A program made the translations under genes and the position numbers. Positions 15,528-25,211 of a stretch of DNA of 43,053 nucleotides are shown one piece after another. The stretch is taken from positions 1 through 43,053 of IMG/VR virus record IMGVR_UViG_3300043220_000040; one strand, given 5' to 3'. The notes below the pieces were generated by a model. It had not been told where the DNA came from and ran no database searches. It saw nothing but the letters and a program-made list of their open reading frames with translations. Source of the DNA: a virus (taxonomy: Duplodnaviria > Caudoviricetes). Each line of letters starts with the position of its first letter. Within the stretch, counting starts at the first letter, position 1.

Positions 15528-16220
15528 TCATTCCACCTGAGCCTGCGTATCTTGTTTCAGCGCCTCGGCTGTCTGCCGAGGTAACGTCTGTGGCATGGCC
15601 CCGAGCGACACTTGGAAGATGGCTGGGTCGGTAGACACGTCGAAGCTGACAACCAACCGGGGTCCAACGCCCGAACGCAGAGCGTCTCGGAAGTGACCGT
15701 CCACGGCGTCAGATTCCTGGTCCTCATCACCTATGAATAGCGTTAGTGCGTTGCCCTCTACCCATTCAGCTAGGCTGATAATCTCCTGGGCCACGAGGCT
15801 GAGGTCGGGCGTGTCAAAATCTACCCCGGCAGTCGTAGCCGCGATGTTGATCCAAAGCGCCTGTGCCCGCGTCCTGAGATTGATGATCCGGCCGTGGCCC
15901 GTTGCACCCACTGCACCGCCATCAAACTCGGCATGAGTGGGCGTGCTGGAATTGGCCACCAGAAGCCCGTCAATCCGGGCCCTCACTTTTACCTCCGCCT
16001 GGGAAGTGGAAGCCTCCAACCTGACAATGGCACTACGGATTCGCGCCCCTCGCGGAATCGGGACATCTCGAAAGCGCGCGGCAAATGCCAGGTTCTTCGC
16101 CGCGGCGAGGAAGTATCCTATTCCTAGGTCTTGGCCCGTGAGGAAGACATGGGCTGCATCACTAGTGTGTAGCGGCACATCGCTGTCGGCTGCCACCAGG
16201 ATTTCGATATCAGTCGTCAT
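15528..16220 (-). CDS. DNRLRE/CBM96-like domain tail protein
   Basis: RF.DV.IP.GA.I.SA...TPDL...QE...W..GNAL...P.LVV pattern. Confidence 0.65.
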   Translation of the reverse strand: MTTDIEILVAADSDVPLHTSDAAHVFLTGQDLGIGYFLAAAKNLAFAARFRDVPIPRGARIRSAIVRLEASTSQAEVKVRARIDGLLVANSSTPTHAEFDGGAVGATGHGRIINLRTRAQALWINIAATTAGVDFDTPDLSLVAQEIISLAEWVEGNALTLFIGDEDQESDAVDGHFRDALRSGVGPRLVVSFDVSTDPAIFQVSLGAMPQTLPRQTAEALKQDTQAQVE

Positions 16221-17266
16221 CGCTTCGGGCCCTCAAGAATGCCATGGATCTCCTCGATGCGCCGGTCGATCTGGACGCCGATCACGTTGAAATCTATAGT
16301 GACTTCGTACCCGATATCCCAGTCGCGCCGGTAAACCGTGGGCTCCAAGTTGAGCGGCATCATCCTGCCCGTTTGCGCGTTGAGAAGCGATTGGGCGATG
16401 ACACGCTCGCCAGCCATGTCGAGCGAATCAGCATCCGCTTCAGCCTGCCGCGCATCGATATGACTCTCGCGCCGGAAGTCGGCAGTGATGCTGGCGGCGT
16501 CCTTCACCTCGCGTACCGTTCGGGCCCCGCCGGTCCCAGAGCCCAGCACGTAGACCGCGTTAGAGATCCGCCGCTTATCGCGGACGTACACAGCCTCGCC
16601 TACGTTGTCTCGAGAGACCGAGAAGACAACCGGCGTATCGCCGCTGGTCACGGTCGCATCGATCGGCTCGCTCACTTGGTACTGATAGCCTGTGTCGCCA
16701 GCCTTCAGCACCACGTCATGGATCACATTGCCTTTCAGGGCCAGCTCAGCGAGGACAGAGAGTAGATTTTGCCAGCGACCGTTGAAGTCAACGGTGTTGC
16801 CGAAGCCATGTGTGCCTTCCACATCGAAGGTGATCCCTGTGAGCTCGGCGTTCACATCGCGGTCGGAGTCCGATGGCGCCGTTAGATGATCTTCGACGTA
16901 GTGCTTCATGGCCGTCTCGGCCACCACGCCGCTCTGTGTATCGAAGTTGGCGCCATCGACGTTGATCTCCCGCTTGCTCAGCCAGAAGCCCTTGAGGTCC
17001 GGTCCCTTCAGTTCCCAGGTCTGCGTGATGGCGTCATACTCGGGAAAGTCCAGCACACCAGCAAACTCGGCTTCGTTATCGCGCTTCAGCTCGAAGATGG
17101 CATCTTCGGGGATCACCGACGGGTCGATATCATCCTTGTGCACTGAGATGCTAAAGGCCCCAGCCTTTACGGGCCGGCGCCACCACTGGAGCGACTTGAA
17201 GAAAGGCATCTGGCCCAGCACTTCCAGCGTGCGAGGGTTGCGAAACTGGAGCGTATACTCAGCCAC
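16217..17266 (-). CDS. Baseplate hub / minor tail protein (Sipho Gp37/Tal-like)
   Basis: G.FSI..., NAVYVLG.G.G..R, RRE..IDAR, Y..DW.IG..VT motifs; position two genes after the protein following Dit. Confidence 0.8.
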   Translation of the reverse strand: MAEYTLQFRNPRTLEVLGQMPFFKSLQWWRRPVKAGAFSISVHKDDIDPSVIPEDAIFELKRDNEAEFAGVLDFPEYDAITQTWELKGPDLKGFWLSKREINVDGANFDTQSGVVAETAMKHYVEDHLTAPSDSDRDVNAELTGITFDVEGTHGFGNTVDFNGRWQNLLSVLAELALKGNVIHDVVLKAGDTGYQYQVSEPIDATVTSGDTPVVFSVSRDNVGEAVYVRDKRRISNAVYVLGSGTGGARTVREVKDAASITADFRRESHIDARQAEADADSLDMAGERVIAQSLLNAQTGRMMPLNLEPTVYRRDWDIGYEVTIDFNVIGVQIDRRIEEIHGILEGPKR

Positions 17267-17552
17267 CGAACCTCCGGCGGAGCGCCGCCGTCAGTTGCGC
17301 CACGGTCGGCGTCCCCTGCAGGTCGGCCACTAGCTGGGCGTCCCGATCTACCGGCGCCACCGCGACGGGCGGCACATGCGCAGCGACCACCGCGTCAAAC
17401 TGGGCTTTCGTCAGCGCCCCGTCGGGCAGTGTGAGGATCACGGCATCGCCCTGGTTGCGGTGTCCAATAGACCAGTCCGTCTGCCCTGCCGCCTCACCGA
17501 TCTCGGCACAGATGGTACGGTCATGTTGCTCGCGAGTTAGGATGAAGTCCAT
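17259..17552 (-). CDS. Small tail-associated protein
   Basis: AVVAAH.P motif seen in tail-fiber assembly-type proteins; position in the tail module. Confidence 0.55.
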   Translation of the reverse strand: MDFILTREQHDRTICAEIGEAAGQTDWSIGHRNQGDAVILTLPDGALTKAQFDAVVAAHVPPVAVAPVDRDAQLVADLQGTPTVAQLTAALRRRFGG

Positions 17553-18460
17553 TATGCGATCCTCCTGGCGACCATAACCGAGTCGGCGTCAATGGATGTG
17601 TCTTCCGCCACAGCGGTATTCTGCGCCCACTGGAAGGTCGCCGTGCCAGCGGTACCAGCATTAGCCAGCAATGCCCAAACATGAAGCTGGCCTATATTGG
17701 TGGTGCTGGTGAGTGGTATTGCCGTCCCAGGCGTTGTACCTTTCCCTGCCCCTCCCACATCATTAGTCAATCCCCACATGTTTGCGAGGGCCATCATGGT
17801 CGCGCTCGCGGGTAGTGTAAAGGTGAATTTGAAGTCGGATGCAATCGCGATGGCAACGATTGCGTGAATCTCTACGATCCAGACTTCGTTCGCTCCGATT
17901 GAGAACGCAAAGTCTGGATCGTCGTTCAAGCTGTCATCATTATTGATAGTCGTGATTGCGGCCTTGCGCACGGTGATGATCCGATCAGGAGATGCCCATT
18001 CCCGCTCGCTGGCCAGCGCGGTGATTGCGCCGCTCGGTGCGATCTGGAAGCTCGCCAGCGGTATCTCCCAGGTCACGCCATCCACTTGGGTCAGCGCTGG
18101 TAGCGCGCTCACGTCGTCTGCGCTGCTGATGATGGTGATGCGCACGGTGCGGGCCGACCAGTCCCTACGGAGCACACACCGCCGGCCCGTGGTAGCGGCA
18201 CCACCAGGATCGTTCGTCGTCTTGCTCTCCTCGGCGTCGCTCTCGTAAATCTTGCCCTGAACGAGGGCGCGGCCCGTGGCGATGGTGATGTTGTTGTCGC
18301 CGGTCGAAGTGACGGCAAGCTCGTTCAGGATGCCGGGCACGACGCCCACATTGGCTCCCACGGCGAGGCCCAGCGTCTCAAGGATCAAGTCCCAATCGTC
18401 GCCGCTGTACGGCCCCCCGTCGCCTACTCCGTCCTGCCAAGGTCGTGATAGTTCTGTCAT
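17552..18460 (-). CDS. Minor tail / upper baseplate protein
   Basis: S.PW...GDGGPY, G.A.V.G..Y, P.LTQ.....WEIPLA, then a beta-sandwich C-terminus. Confidence 0.75.
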   Translation of the reverse strand: MTELSRPWQDGVGDGGPYSGDDWDLILETLGLAVGANVGVVPGILNELAVTSTGDNNITIATGRALVQGKIYESDAEESKTTNDPGGAATTGRRCVLRRDWSARTVRITIISSADDVSALPALTQVDGVTWEIPLASFQIAPSGAITALASEREWASPDRIITVRKAAITTINNDDSLNDDPDFAFSIGANEVWIVEIHAIVAIAIASDFKFTFTLPASATMMALANMWGLTNDVGGAGKGTTPGTAIPLTSTTNIGQLHVWALLANAGTAGTATFQWAQNTAVAEDTSIDADSVMVARRIA

Positions 18461-18464
18461 GGCG

Positions 18465-19304
18465 TCACACTCCTACAAACCTCGTCAGGTAATCCACGTT
18501 CGCCGTCACGGTCCCTGAGCTGACGGAGAAGGTGATTACATTGTTTCCCGGCTCAAGCGTCCAGAACTCGCTATCTGCGGAAAGGAAGTCTATCTTTGAG
18601 ATGCTGCCAATCTTGGCCGTTCTCAGCTTCGAGTCGATCACTAGGCTCTGGCCGGCGTTGATTGTGAGCCCCACAAAGTGGAGCTTCTTCCCCGTCGTGG
18701 TGTTGCGGATGATGGGAACCGTGCAGGCGCCGGGCACGGTGATGGTGGGAAAGCTCGCCATGTTCCCCAGATTGTTGATGGTGGTGGTGCCCGTGCCGTC
18801 CTCAAACGAGAGCGGCACGGTGATCGGCACGGACAGTCCGGAGCCGCTGTTGGCGACGGTCTCTTCGTTCAGCGTCGGGTCGTACCAGGTCGGGTCCGGG
18901 CAGCGGAACGAGATAGCCACCTTGTCCATGAGCGGGCCACGGTAATTGTTGAACCGCGGCCCGTCTTCCACTAAGCAGTCGATGGCGTATAGGGTCGACG
19001 CCGGGGTGTACTTCAGCGTGCCAACGCCAAGCCGTGGGTTGAGCGCCGTGAGCAAGGTCTGGTGCTGATCCTGGAGGTCTGAAAAGCTGCTGCCCCGCAC
19101 CGTCAGGTTGACGCCCAGGAAGCGCGGCTCGAAGATCATGCGCTTGTGCGTCTCGCCGTCCCGGTTAGGCGTCTTCACGGTGTCCTGTACGATGGGGGGC
19201 ATACCAGCGTTGCGGAGCGCGCCCAGGAGCGAGAGCACTGTGCCGTCATCGAGGTCGATCACATTGCCCTCTGCGTCGGTGTAGGTGAGAGCCGTGATGC
19301 CCAT
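18465..19304 (-). CDS. Distal tail protein (Dit)
   Basis: Follows the tape measure gene; G.P..., LNP..G.GTL, F.CPDP.W, N.G....P.I, FW.L.PG.N motifs. Confidence 0.85.
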   Translation of the reverse strand: MGITALTYTDAEGNVIDLDDGTVLSLLGALRNAGMPPIVQDTVKTPNRDGETHKRMIFEPRFLGVNLTVRGSSFSDLQDQHQTLLTALNPRLGVGTLKYTPASTLYAIDCLVEDGPRFNNYRGPLMDKVAISFRCPDPTWYDPTLNEETVANSGSGLSVPITVPLSFEDGTGTTTINNLGNMASFPTITVPGACTVPIIRNTTTGKKLHFVGLTINAGQSLVIDSKLRTAKIGSISKIDFLSADSEFWTLEPGNNVITFSVSSGTVTANVDYLTRFVGV

Positions 19305-19305
19305 G

Positions 19306-22227
19306 CTACACGCCCTCCGCCGCTAGCTGAGCGCCCAGCTCTAGGCCGGCCCGCTCTACCGCATTTGCGATGGCGGCCGGCGAACGCTCCTCTACGATGA
19401 TGGTGATGTTCTGAACGATGCCCTGAGCGGGCAACCCAGCGGTGAGCGCCGCCGCTGCGCCGCCTTCTGGCACGGGCAGGCCAGGCCCCCCACCTCCTGG
19501 GGGAAGGATGGTGCCCCTGTTGAAGGCCTCCCAGATTTCCTGTAGCTGTTCCGGTGTTAAGCCAAGTCCCGCCGCCTGCCGAAGCGCACCCAGAGCGTCA
19601 TTCGCTCTGTTGGCAGCGTCGGCTATCGCATCGATTGCGTCGGCGGTATCCTGGGCCTCCTGCTGAGCATCTTCGAGAGCACCAATGAAGGCTAGCCATT
19701 CCTGCACCGATAGACCCAACTCCTGCGCCAGCGCCAGGAGCGCGTCCTGTAGGGTCGGTAGCTGGATGATGCCCAGTTCGTCCAGCACGGCCAAGAGATC
19801 ATCACGGCTCACCCCCGCCAGGTCAGACACCGCCCCGATCGCGTTCTGCACCGCGCTCAACTCATCACGCAAGCTGCGCGTCACCTCATCGGTAGCGGTG
19901 GCAACATTCTCCTGGGCTTCCTCCAGTGCGGCGAGTTCGGATACCAGCAGCAGCACTTGAGTCTCCGTCATCCCCATTGCGCCAGCGACAATGCGAATTG
20001 CATTTCCTAAGTCCGCCGCCTCATCTCGCAGGCCAAAGAACTTCTCCAGCACCTTGACGGATACCCCGGCTAGATCTGCGAGGATCGCCAAAGCCTCTTG
20101 GAACACTGACCCCCCTACGGCCAATGATTCCCACATCTCCCGTGCTTCCCGGGCCGCCTCCTCCAACTCCCGCGCCGCTTGCTCGGCGGCCCGTGCTGCA
20201 TTGTCAGCCATCGCCTGCACAAAGGCGAGTTGATCGCCTATCGTCATAAAGTCCGCCGCTTCTAGTTCGCGCATGAGACGAAGCAGCGCCTCAGGTGCTA
20301 TCGCCGGCATGTCAAGGATGGATTGTTGGAGCGCCTCGGTGATGGCCTCGCCCATCGCCTCGCCTATTGCTTCGCCCGTCACTATTCCAACCCCTTCTGA
20401 TCCAGCAAAGGGCTCAGATGGCGGTACCATTGGCGGGAGCGTTGGCGGTTCCAAGATGATCCCTAGTACCTGCCGCTGGGTGAGCGGCTCGATACCGGCG
20501 CCCAGAGCGCGGGCAAACTCGGCCCATGCCTGGTGCGTCTCCCTTATCTTCCCACGCAATGCTTCTACACCGCCGGCCGCATGAATCGCCTGCAATGCCA
20601 AGACTTCGAAGGCCGTGGTGTCACGGACCCCGGCTTCGAGATCGATGATTGCAAGCCGGACCTCATCGATTTCCTTTCGCACCTTGTCAAGAGCCTGTTT
20701 CGAAGAGGTAGCACGCTCACCGAACGCCTGGAATGCCTTACCTACAAAGGGCAGTTGATTGCTCCCCAGCGTCGCAATTGTGACCCTGAGCTCAAGCGCG
20801 GCCTTAATGAGTTCCAGGAACTTCAATTTCACTCTGAGTGCGCTTTCGCCCAATTTATCATTCTCTGCCATGAGAAGCTGGATACTAGCAACTATGGCGA
20901 CAACCGCAGCCGCTACAGCAATGTGAGGGAACGCCACGATCATGGCCGCCCCAATAGCCAGCAAGGCAGCGATGAGGATGGGCTTGTTCGTGATGATGAA
21001 CTCGAAGAAGGTTCGGAAGGCTCCGGCAGTCGCCTCTATCACAGGCTGGAAGTCCCTGAAGAGCTGTTCCATCTTGTCCAAGGCTGCGGGCAGAAACGTT
21101 TCGATGGCCGGGATCACATCCTCGCGGAGCGTCTTCACCAGCGCTCGCAAGCCCGGCTCCATTTCCTGGCCGATGGTGAACAGCACATCCTCGAAGCCGG
21201 AGCGCAAGAGCGAGAGCTGCGCCCCGAGGCTTTCCAGTTGCTTCTCGGCCACCTCGGCAGTCGTGCCAGCAGCCTCCCGAAGCGCCCCCTCATAATCCCT
21301 GATGGCCTGAGATGTGCCCAACAGCGGCAGAATGACGCCCTGAATACGGGCACTGAAGCCCAACGCTTCTAGGGCAGCGACGCGCTGTTCGTCACTCAGG
21401 CTGGTTAAGGCGCCCTCAAGATCGCCCACAATATCGGCCAGGTTGTTGATGTTCCCAGTTGCGTCGAATACTTCAACGCCCAGTCGTTCGTAAGCATCAG
21501 CATTATTCACCGCCGCTGAGGTCATGATCCGCAAGATGCGTGCCAGGCCGGTGCCCGCGAGTTCGCCCTTCACGCCCTGGTCAGCGAATGCGGCCAGAAC
21601 CGCGACGCCTTCCTCAACATCGATCTTGAAGCTCTTGAGGGCAGCACCGGCGTCCCTCGTCAGGGCGGTCGAGAATTGTTCGACGGTGGCGTTGGCGAGC
21701 GTGTTGGCCTTGACCAGCACATCGGAGACCCGCGCCATGTTCTCGATGTTCTGAGCCGTATCGTCCACCGTAAGGCCAAGAGCTGACTGTGCATCAGTGA
21801 GCAGGTCGGTCGCCAGGGCCATATCGAACATGCCCGCCTGTGCAAAGGCAGCAACTAGCGGTAGGGCGCCTATCGATTGCTCGGCGCTCAACCCTGCGCT
21901 AGCCAGGAAGAAGTACGACTCCGCCGCCTGGGTCATAGAGAACGTGGTCGTCTTCGCCACGTCGCGGGCAGTCTTCTCCATGGTCTCACGCATCGCATCA
22001 TCGAGATCGCCCATGATCGCGATGCTCTTGGTCATGGCGCTGTCGAAGCTAATGAAAGTCGTTGCCGCTGCCACGGCAAGGCCGGCCAGGGCGATGGCGC
22101 CAACCATCCCCGCCCGGCGGATCACCTTACGCATCTTGTCGGCAGCGTTGCCAACCCGCCCCAGCACCTTACTCGCTTGGTCGCGAGCGCGGATCAGGAT
22201 GTTGATCTCACCCGCTGTTAGGCCCAA
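19306..22227 (-). CDS. Tail tape measure protein (TP901-type core)
   Basis: 973 aa Ala-rich; FDSAM...LASAG...D.L....N.AN..V...G.KG..AGT core; TTG start after AAGGAG. Confidence 0.92.
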   Translation of the reverse strand: MGLTAGEINILIRARDQASKVLGRVGNAADKMRKVIRRAGMVGAIALAGLAVAAATTFISFDSAMTKSIAIMGDLDDAMRETMEKTARDVAKTTTFSMTQAAESYFFLASAGLSAEQSIGALPLVAAFAQAGMFDMALATDLLTDAQSALGLTVDDTAQNIENMARVSDVLVKANTLANATVEQFSTALTRDAGAALKSFKIDVEEGVAVLAAFADQGVKGELAGTGLARILRIMTSAAVNNADAYERLGVEVFDATGNINNLADIVGDLEGALTSLSDEQRVAALEALGFSARIQGVILPLLGTSQAIRDYEGALREAAGTTAEVAEKQLESLGAQLSLLRSGFEDVLFTIGQEMEPGLRALVKTLREDVIPAIETFLPAALDKMEQLFRDFQPVIEATAGAFRTFFEFIITNKPILIAALLAIGAAMIVAFPHIAVAAAVVAIVASIQLLMAENDKLGESALRVKLKFLELIKAALELRVTIATLGSNQLPFVGKAFQAFGERATSSKQALDKVRKEIDEVRLAIIDLEAGVRDTTAFEVLALQAIHAAGGVEALRGKIRETHQAWAEFARALGAGIEPLTQRQVLGIILEPPTLPPMVPPSEPFAGSEGVGIVTGEAIGEAMGEAITEALQQSILDMPAIAPEALLRLMRELEAADFMTIGDQLAFVQAMADNAARAAEQAARELEEAAREAREMWESLAVGGSVFQEALAILADLAGVSVKVLEKFFGLRDEAADLGNAIRIVAGAMGMTETQVLLLVSELAALEEAQENVATATDEVTRSLRDELSAVQNAIGAVSDLAGVSRDDLLAVLDELGIIQLPTLQDALLALAQELGLSVQEWLAFIGALEDAQQEAQDTADAIDAIADAANRANDALGALRQAAGLGLTPEQLQEIWEAFNRGTILPPGGGGPGLPVPEGGAAAALTAGLPAQGIVQNITIIVEERSPAAIANAVERAGLELGAQLAAEGV

Positions 22228-22977
22228 GGCGTTGCTCCTTGCGGTCGGCTTCTACGGCCGCCCAGGCAGCCCAGACGCGAGTCGCCATCGGCCCCCTCGG
22301 GCCATCCTTCTTGTCCTTGGCGTTGTCGAGCTGTGCCTTGACGCGCATGAAGCCCCGGAGGTCCAGGACTTCGAGGATCAGACCATAGGGCGCGTTCTCC
22401 AGATCGTACATGGCCTGTGTGACGCTGCATCCGAACTCCTCACAGTAGCGATGGACGATCCAGGCAAACGGCGCCGGGTGCTCTGCGTCCTCTACTTCCT
22501 CTAGGAAGAGGAGGAAGGCTTTGTCGCTCCTTTTTTTGCCTCTGCGGTCATACCCTCGTTGACGTAGCTGACGATCTCCCGGAAGAGCCAGTCCGCGGTG
22601 AACTCGTCCAGGTCGGCGACGTTCTCTTCGCTGACTTCACACTCAGTGCTCCAGGCGGTGATGGCCGCGTTGAGCATCGTCTTCCGATCGAGCATACTGG
22701 CGTCGACGGCCGCCGGGCCCTTCTCGCGCTCTTCCTTGGCGAACACATCCAGCGGGTTGCACTCGTGACCTTCCTCTGCCTGGCCGCTGCATTTGGGGCA
22801 ACGCTTGATGTTCCCCAGGCCACCCAGGCCACCCATGTCTTTGATGTTGCGCGAAGTCCGGCGAGAGAAGATTTCCCGGGCAACGTCGAGGTAGCCAGAC
22901 GAGACCTTACGGATCTTAACCCACTGGCCCTCTTCGTGAGGATGGTCGAGCGTCTTGGTCATGCCCTTCGTATGCAT
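22208..22977 (-). CDS. Tail assembly chaperone, long -1 frameshift form (gpGT-like)
   Basis: A -1 shift at A AAA AAA joins the 22501-22977 frame to an open frame (RSDKAFLLFLEE...MYDLENAP...) ending at 22208. Confidence 0.8.
22501..22977 (-). CDS. Tail assembly chaperone (gpG-like) with Zn-ribbon insert
   Basis: Lies between the tail tube and tape measure genes; RBS AAAGGA before ATG 22977; CPKC...HEC. Confidence 0.8.
   Translation of the reverse strand: MHTKGMTKTLDHPHEEGQWVKIRKVSSGYLDVAREIFSRRTSRNIKDMGGLGGLGNIKRCPKCSGQAEEGHECNPLDVFAKEEREKGPAAVDASMLDRKTMLNAAITAWSTECEVSEENVADLDEFTADWLFREIVSYVNEGMTAEAKKGATKPSSSS
22531..22537 (-). promoter_or_regulatory. -1 ribosomal frameshift slippery site
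   Basis: GC-A AAA AAA-GGA near the 3' end of the chaperone gene. Confidence 0.8.
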
Positions 22978-23006
22978 CGGCTGTCCTTTCTTGGCCTTCT
23001 GGCCTC

Positions 23007-23417
23007 CTAGGATACTGCCCCCGTCGGACGGAGCGTGACTACATAGGCGTGGAAAGCACCGCGGCTCGGGTTGCGGCTGGTCATTCTGATCAAGCACTCG
23101 ACCTCTCGCGTGTCGCTGGCGCCGGGATCATCGAACGTGAGCTTGAAGCTTCGCAGATCGCCCTCGCCATCGATGGTCAAGGCAACAAGGCTGTTGGCCT
23201 GGTCGTCATAGGGACCGGTGAGAACGATCTCTTGCTTCTGCTCAAACCCGACCGCCGCCCAGCGGTCGCTGGCATCACCGGCGCTCGAAAGCTCTTCGAG
23301 TATCTGCTCGACGGTATAGCCGTTGATCTCGGTCACGTAGGCCGAGATGTCTGTGAGTGCGCCGCCTACCGAGGCGTCGATCTCGATCTTGAGTGCGGGG
23401 AATCCCTGTAGTGCCAT
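23007..23417 (-). CDS. Major tail tube protein
   Basis: LTDIS.YV...GD...W..VG...I.L.G.YDD...L...G.V pattern; strong SD. Confidence 0.75.
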   Translation of the reverse strand: MALQGFPALKIEIDASVGGALTDISAYVTEINGYTVEQILEELSSAGDASDRWAAVGFEQKQEIVLTGPYDDQANSLVALTIDGEGDLRSFKLTFDDPGASDTREVECLIRMTSRNPSRGAFHAYVVTLRPTGAVS

Positions 23418-23436
23418 GTGCCCTCTCCTTCCTTCC

Positions 23437-24393
23437 TTAGTTCCGAACGAATCCCGTAGCGAATGTGCTGGTCCGGCTGCCGCCAGCGCCGCCGGTAAAC
23501 TCGTGCTCTGTGAGTGTGTACCGCTCGACTTGGTCCGCCACCGTTGCCCGCTCGGCGTCCGGCGCGGACGTAACGGCAGTGAACGTGATCAGATCATTGA
23601 ACGTGATATCGTCATCGCTATCCTTGATGATGATGACGATGTTGGTGCCGCCGTCCAGGTCCAGCGCGGAGACCTGGAGATAGCCGACACCGCCATCCCG
23701 CGAGCTTACGAGCGTCACCGTGCCAGCCGCACCACCAGGCCCCGAGATACTGCCGTCCACGGGGATGCTGAAGACCGTCGTGTTGATGACGGTGGCCGTG
23801 AAAATGCCGTTCAGGTCGCTGTTATCGTGGCCAGCGATCAGCACCGTATCGCCCGTCGTCAGCCCGTGAACCGCCGCCATCGTGATTTCTGCGGGGTTGT
23901 CGACCGAGCTCGATGTGATGCTCACGGCGGCCGCCTGTGTGCCCCAATCGTCTGAGGTTCCCTCCACCGGCCCCACGGCTGTCACCGCCCCGTGGGCGGC
24001 GCTGATCTGGCCCACGTCCGGGCCCTCATCAGACTTGAAGGCGATCTGCGCTTTCGTCAGCGCATCGCGGGCAGGGCCTCGTGTGATGGTAGACCGGATA
24101 GCATTTACGCCCACGCAGCGATCTCCGATCGTGTTGCTCACCAGGGAATAGAACAGCACCATCTCGCCGGCAATCGCCTCGATGGCCTGGATCAGCGCGT
24201 CGTCGTAGAAGCCATCAAAGCTGAGGTCAAATTTCGATATGCCGACGGCACTCCATTCGTCGCTAGCGTCGCCAAGGCCGTCACTCTGTTCTAGGATGGC
24301 TTCGTTCACTTCGTCCAGGTTGGTGATGAGGCCCATCACGTCATAGCCAGCCAGGAGAATAAAGCCGACGTCGGCGCTACCCCTGAGTGTCAT
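23437..24393 (-). CDS. Tail-tube-like protein with appended FCCH-like and beta domains
   Basis: N-terminal GDASDEWSAVG...GFYDD matches the tube protein; contains NPA.IT...HGL.TGD.V.I.G....LNG insert. Confidence 0.7.
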   Translation of the reverse strand: MTLRGSADVGFILLAGYDVMGLITNLDEVNEAILEQSDGLGDASDEWSAVGISKFDLSFDGFYDDALIQAIEAIAGEMVLFYSLVSNTIGDRCVGVNAIRSTITRGPARDALTKAQIAFKSDEGPDVGQISAAHGAVTAVGPVEGTSDDWGTQAAAVSITSSSVDNPAEITMAAVHGLTTGDTVLIAGHDNSDLNGIFTATVINTTVFSIPVDGSISGPGGAAGTVTLVSSRDGGVGYLQVSALDLDGGTNIVIIIKDSDDDITFNDLITFTAVTSAPDAERATVADQVERYTLTEHEFTGGAGGSRTSTFATGFVRN

Positions 24394-24628
24394 CTGGCAC
24401 CTCCTCCGGCTGCGATGCCCGCTCAGCCAGCTCAACCGATCCGCGTCTCAGCCAGCTCTCTATGAGGTCGCTAGGCGGATTGATGATCTTGTCACCCGGT
24501 GTATACCGCCTCCACTCGCCCCGCTCCGATATCGGCATGTGGTCGCCGGCGCGGATGCGATCTCGGATGATCAGCGACACAGGATAGCTGAAGCCCTTGA
24601 CGCATCGGTACGTCTTGCCTCTTGGCAT
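24377..24628 (-). CDS. Small virion-associated protein
   Basis: YR...G.SYP...PGD.I...P.....WL..G..E motif. Confidence 0.65.
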   Translation of the reverse strand: MPRGKTYRCVKGFSYPVSLIIRDRIRAGDHMPISERGEWRRYTPGDKIINPPSDLIESWLRRGSVELAERASQPEEVPDDTQG

Positions 24629-24837
24629 TACTTGACCTCCCATTCGTGGCCACAGTCCATACATGCACGATATCTGCCTTCCTGCCCAGCCCCCGTGATG
24701 TCTTCGCTATTCTTGTGCTCGCAGCCCTCGGGAGCGGGAGCGCTTGGCGCCGGCGCCCCGATGCGGTCTAGCTCTTGCTCGATGGCCGCTTCGATCAACG
24801 CCTTCGCCCCTGCTAGCTTTTCTAGGATGCTGCTCAT
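24628..24837 (-). CDS. Small Zn-binding protein
   Basis: CEH...CMDCG. Confidence 0.65.
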   Translation of the reverse strand: MSSILEKLAGAKALIEAAIEQELDRIGAPAPSAPAPEGCEHKNSEDITGAGQEGRYRACMDCGHEWEVK

Positions 24838-25211
24838 GCGGCCACCAGTAGGATCGCGTCGATGGTGCGCCGGAAGAGCCCAGCGTCGGGCTCCTGGCCA
24901 GCAGCGCCGCCCTGTACCGTCACGTCAGTAAAGGTGCCGATGCCCGAGATGACCGCGAGCTTGAGTTGCTCGCCGATATCAGCGGCTTCTTGGCGGTCCT
25001 CTGACCATCCGGTGATCTGGTATCGCGGGTGGCTACCCACGACCGTCCCCGGCACCACCTGATCGGTCGGCTCGGAAATAACCTGATACGTCACGCAGGG
25101 AAACGCAGTGCCCGGCGGAAACGCCGTCTGGTAGATGCGCGCGGCCGGCACCAGAGTGGTCAGCCCAGCGAAGGCAGCAAGCACGTCGTACAGATCCTCC
25201 TCTATGGTCAT
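24834..25211 (-). CDS. Tail terminator (DUF3168-like)
   Basis: IEE.LY..L......L...RIY....P.....P..TYQ.IS...RYQI..W. Confidence 0.85.
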   Translation of the reverse strand: MTIEEDLYDVLAAFAGLTTLVPAARIYQTAFPPGTAFPCVTYQVISEPTDQVVPGTVVGSHPRYQITGWSEDRQEAADIGEQLKLAVISGIGTFTDVTVQGGAAGQEPDAGLFRRTIDAILLVAA

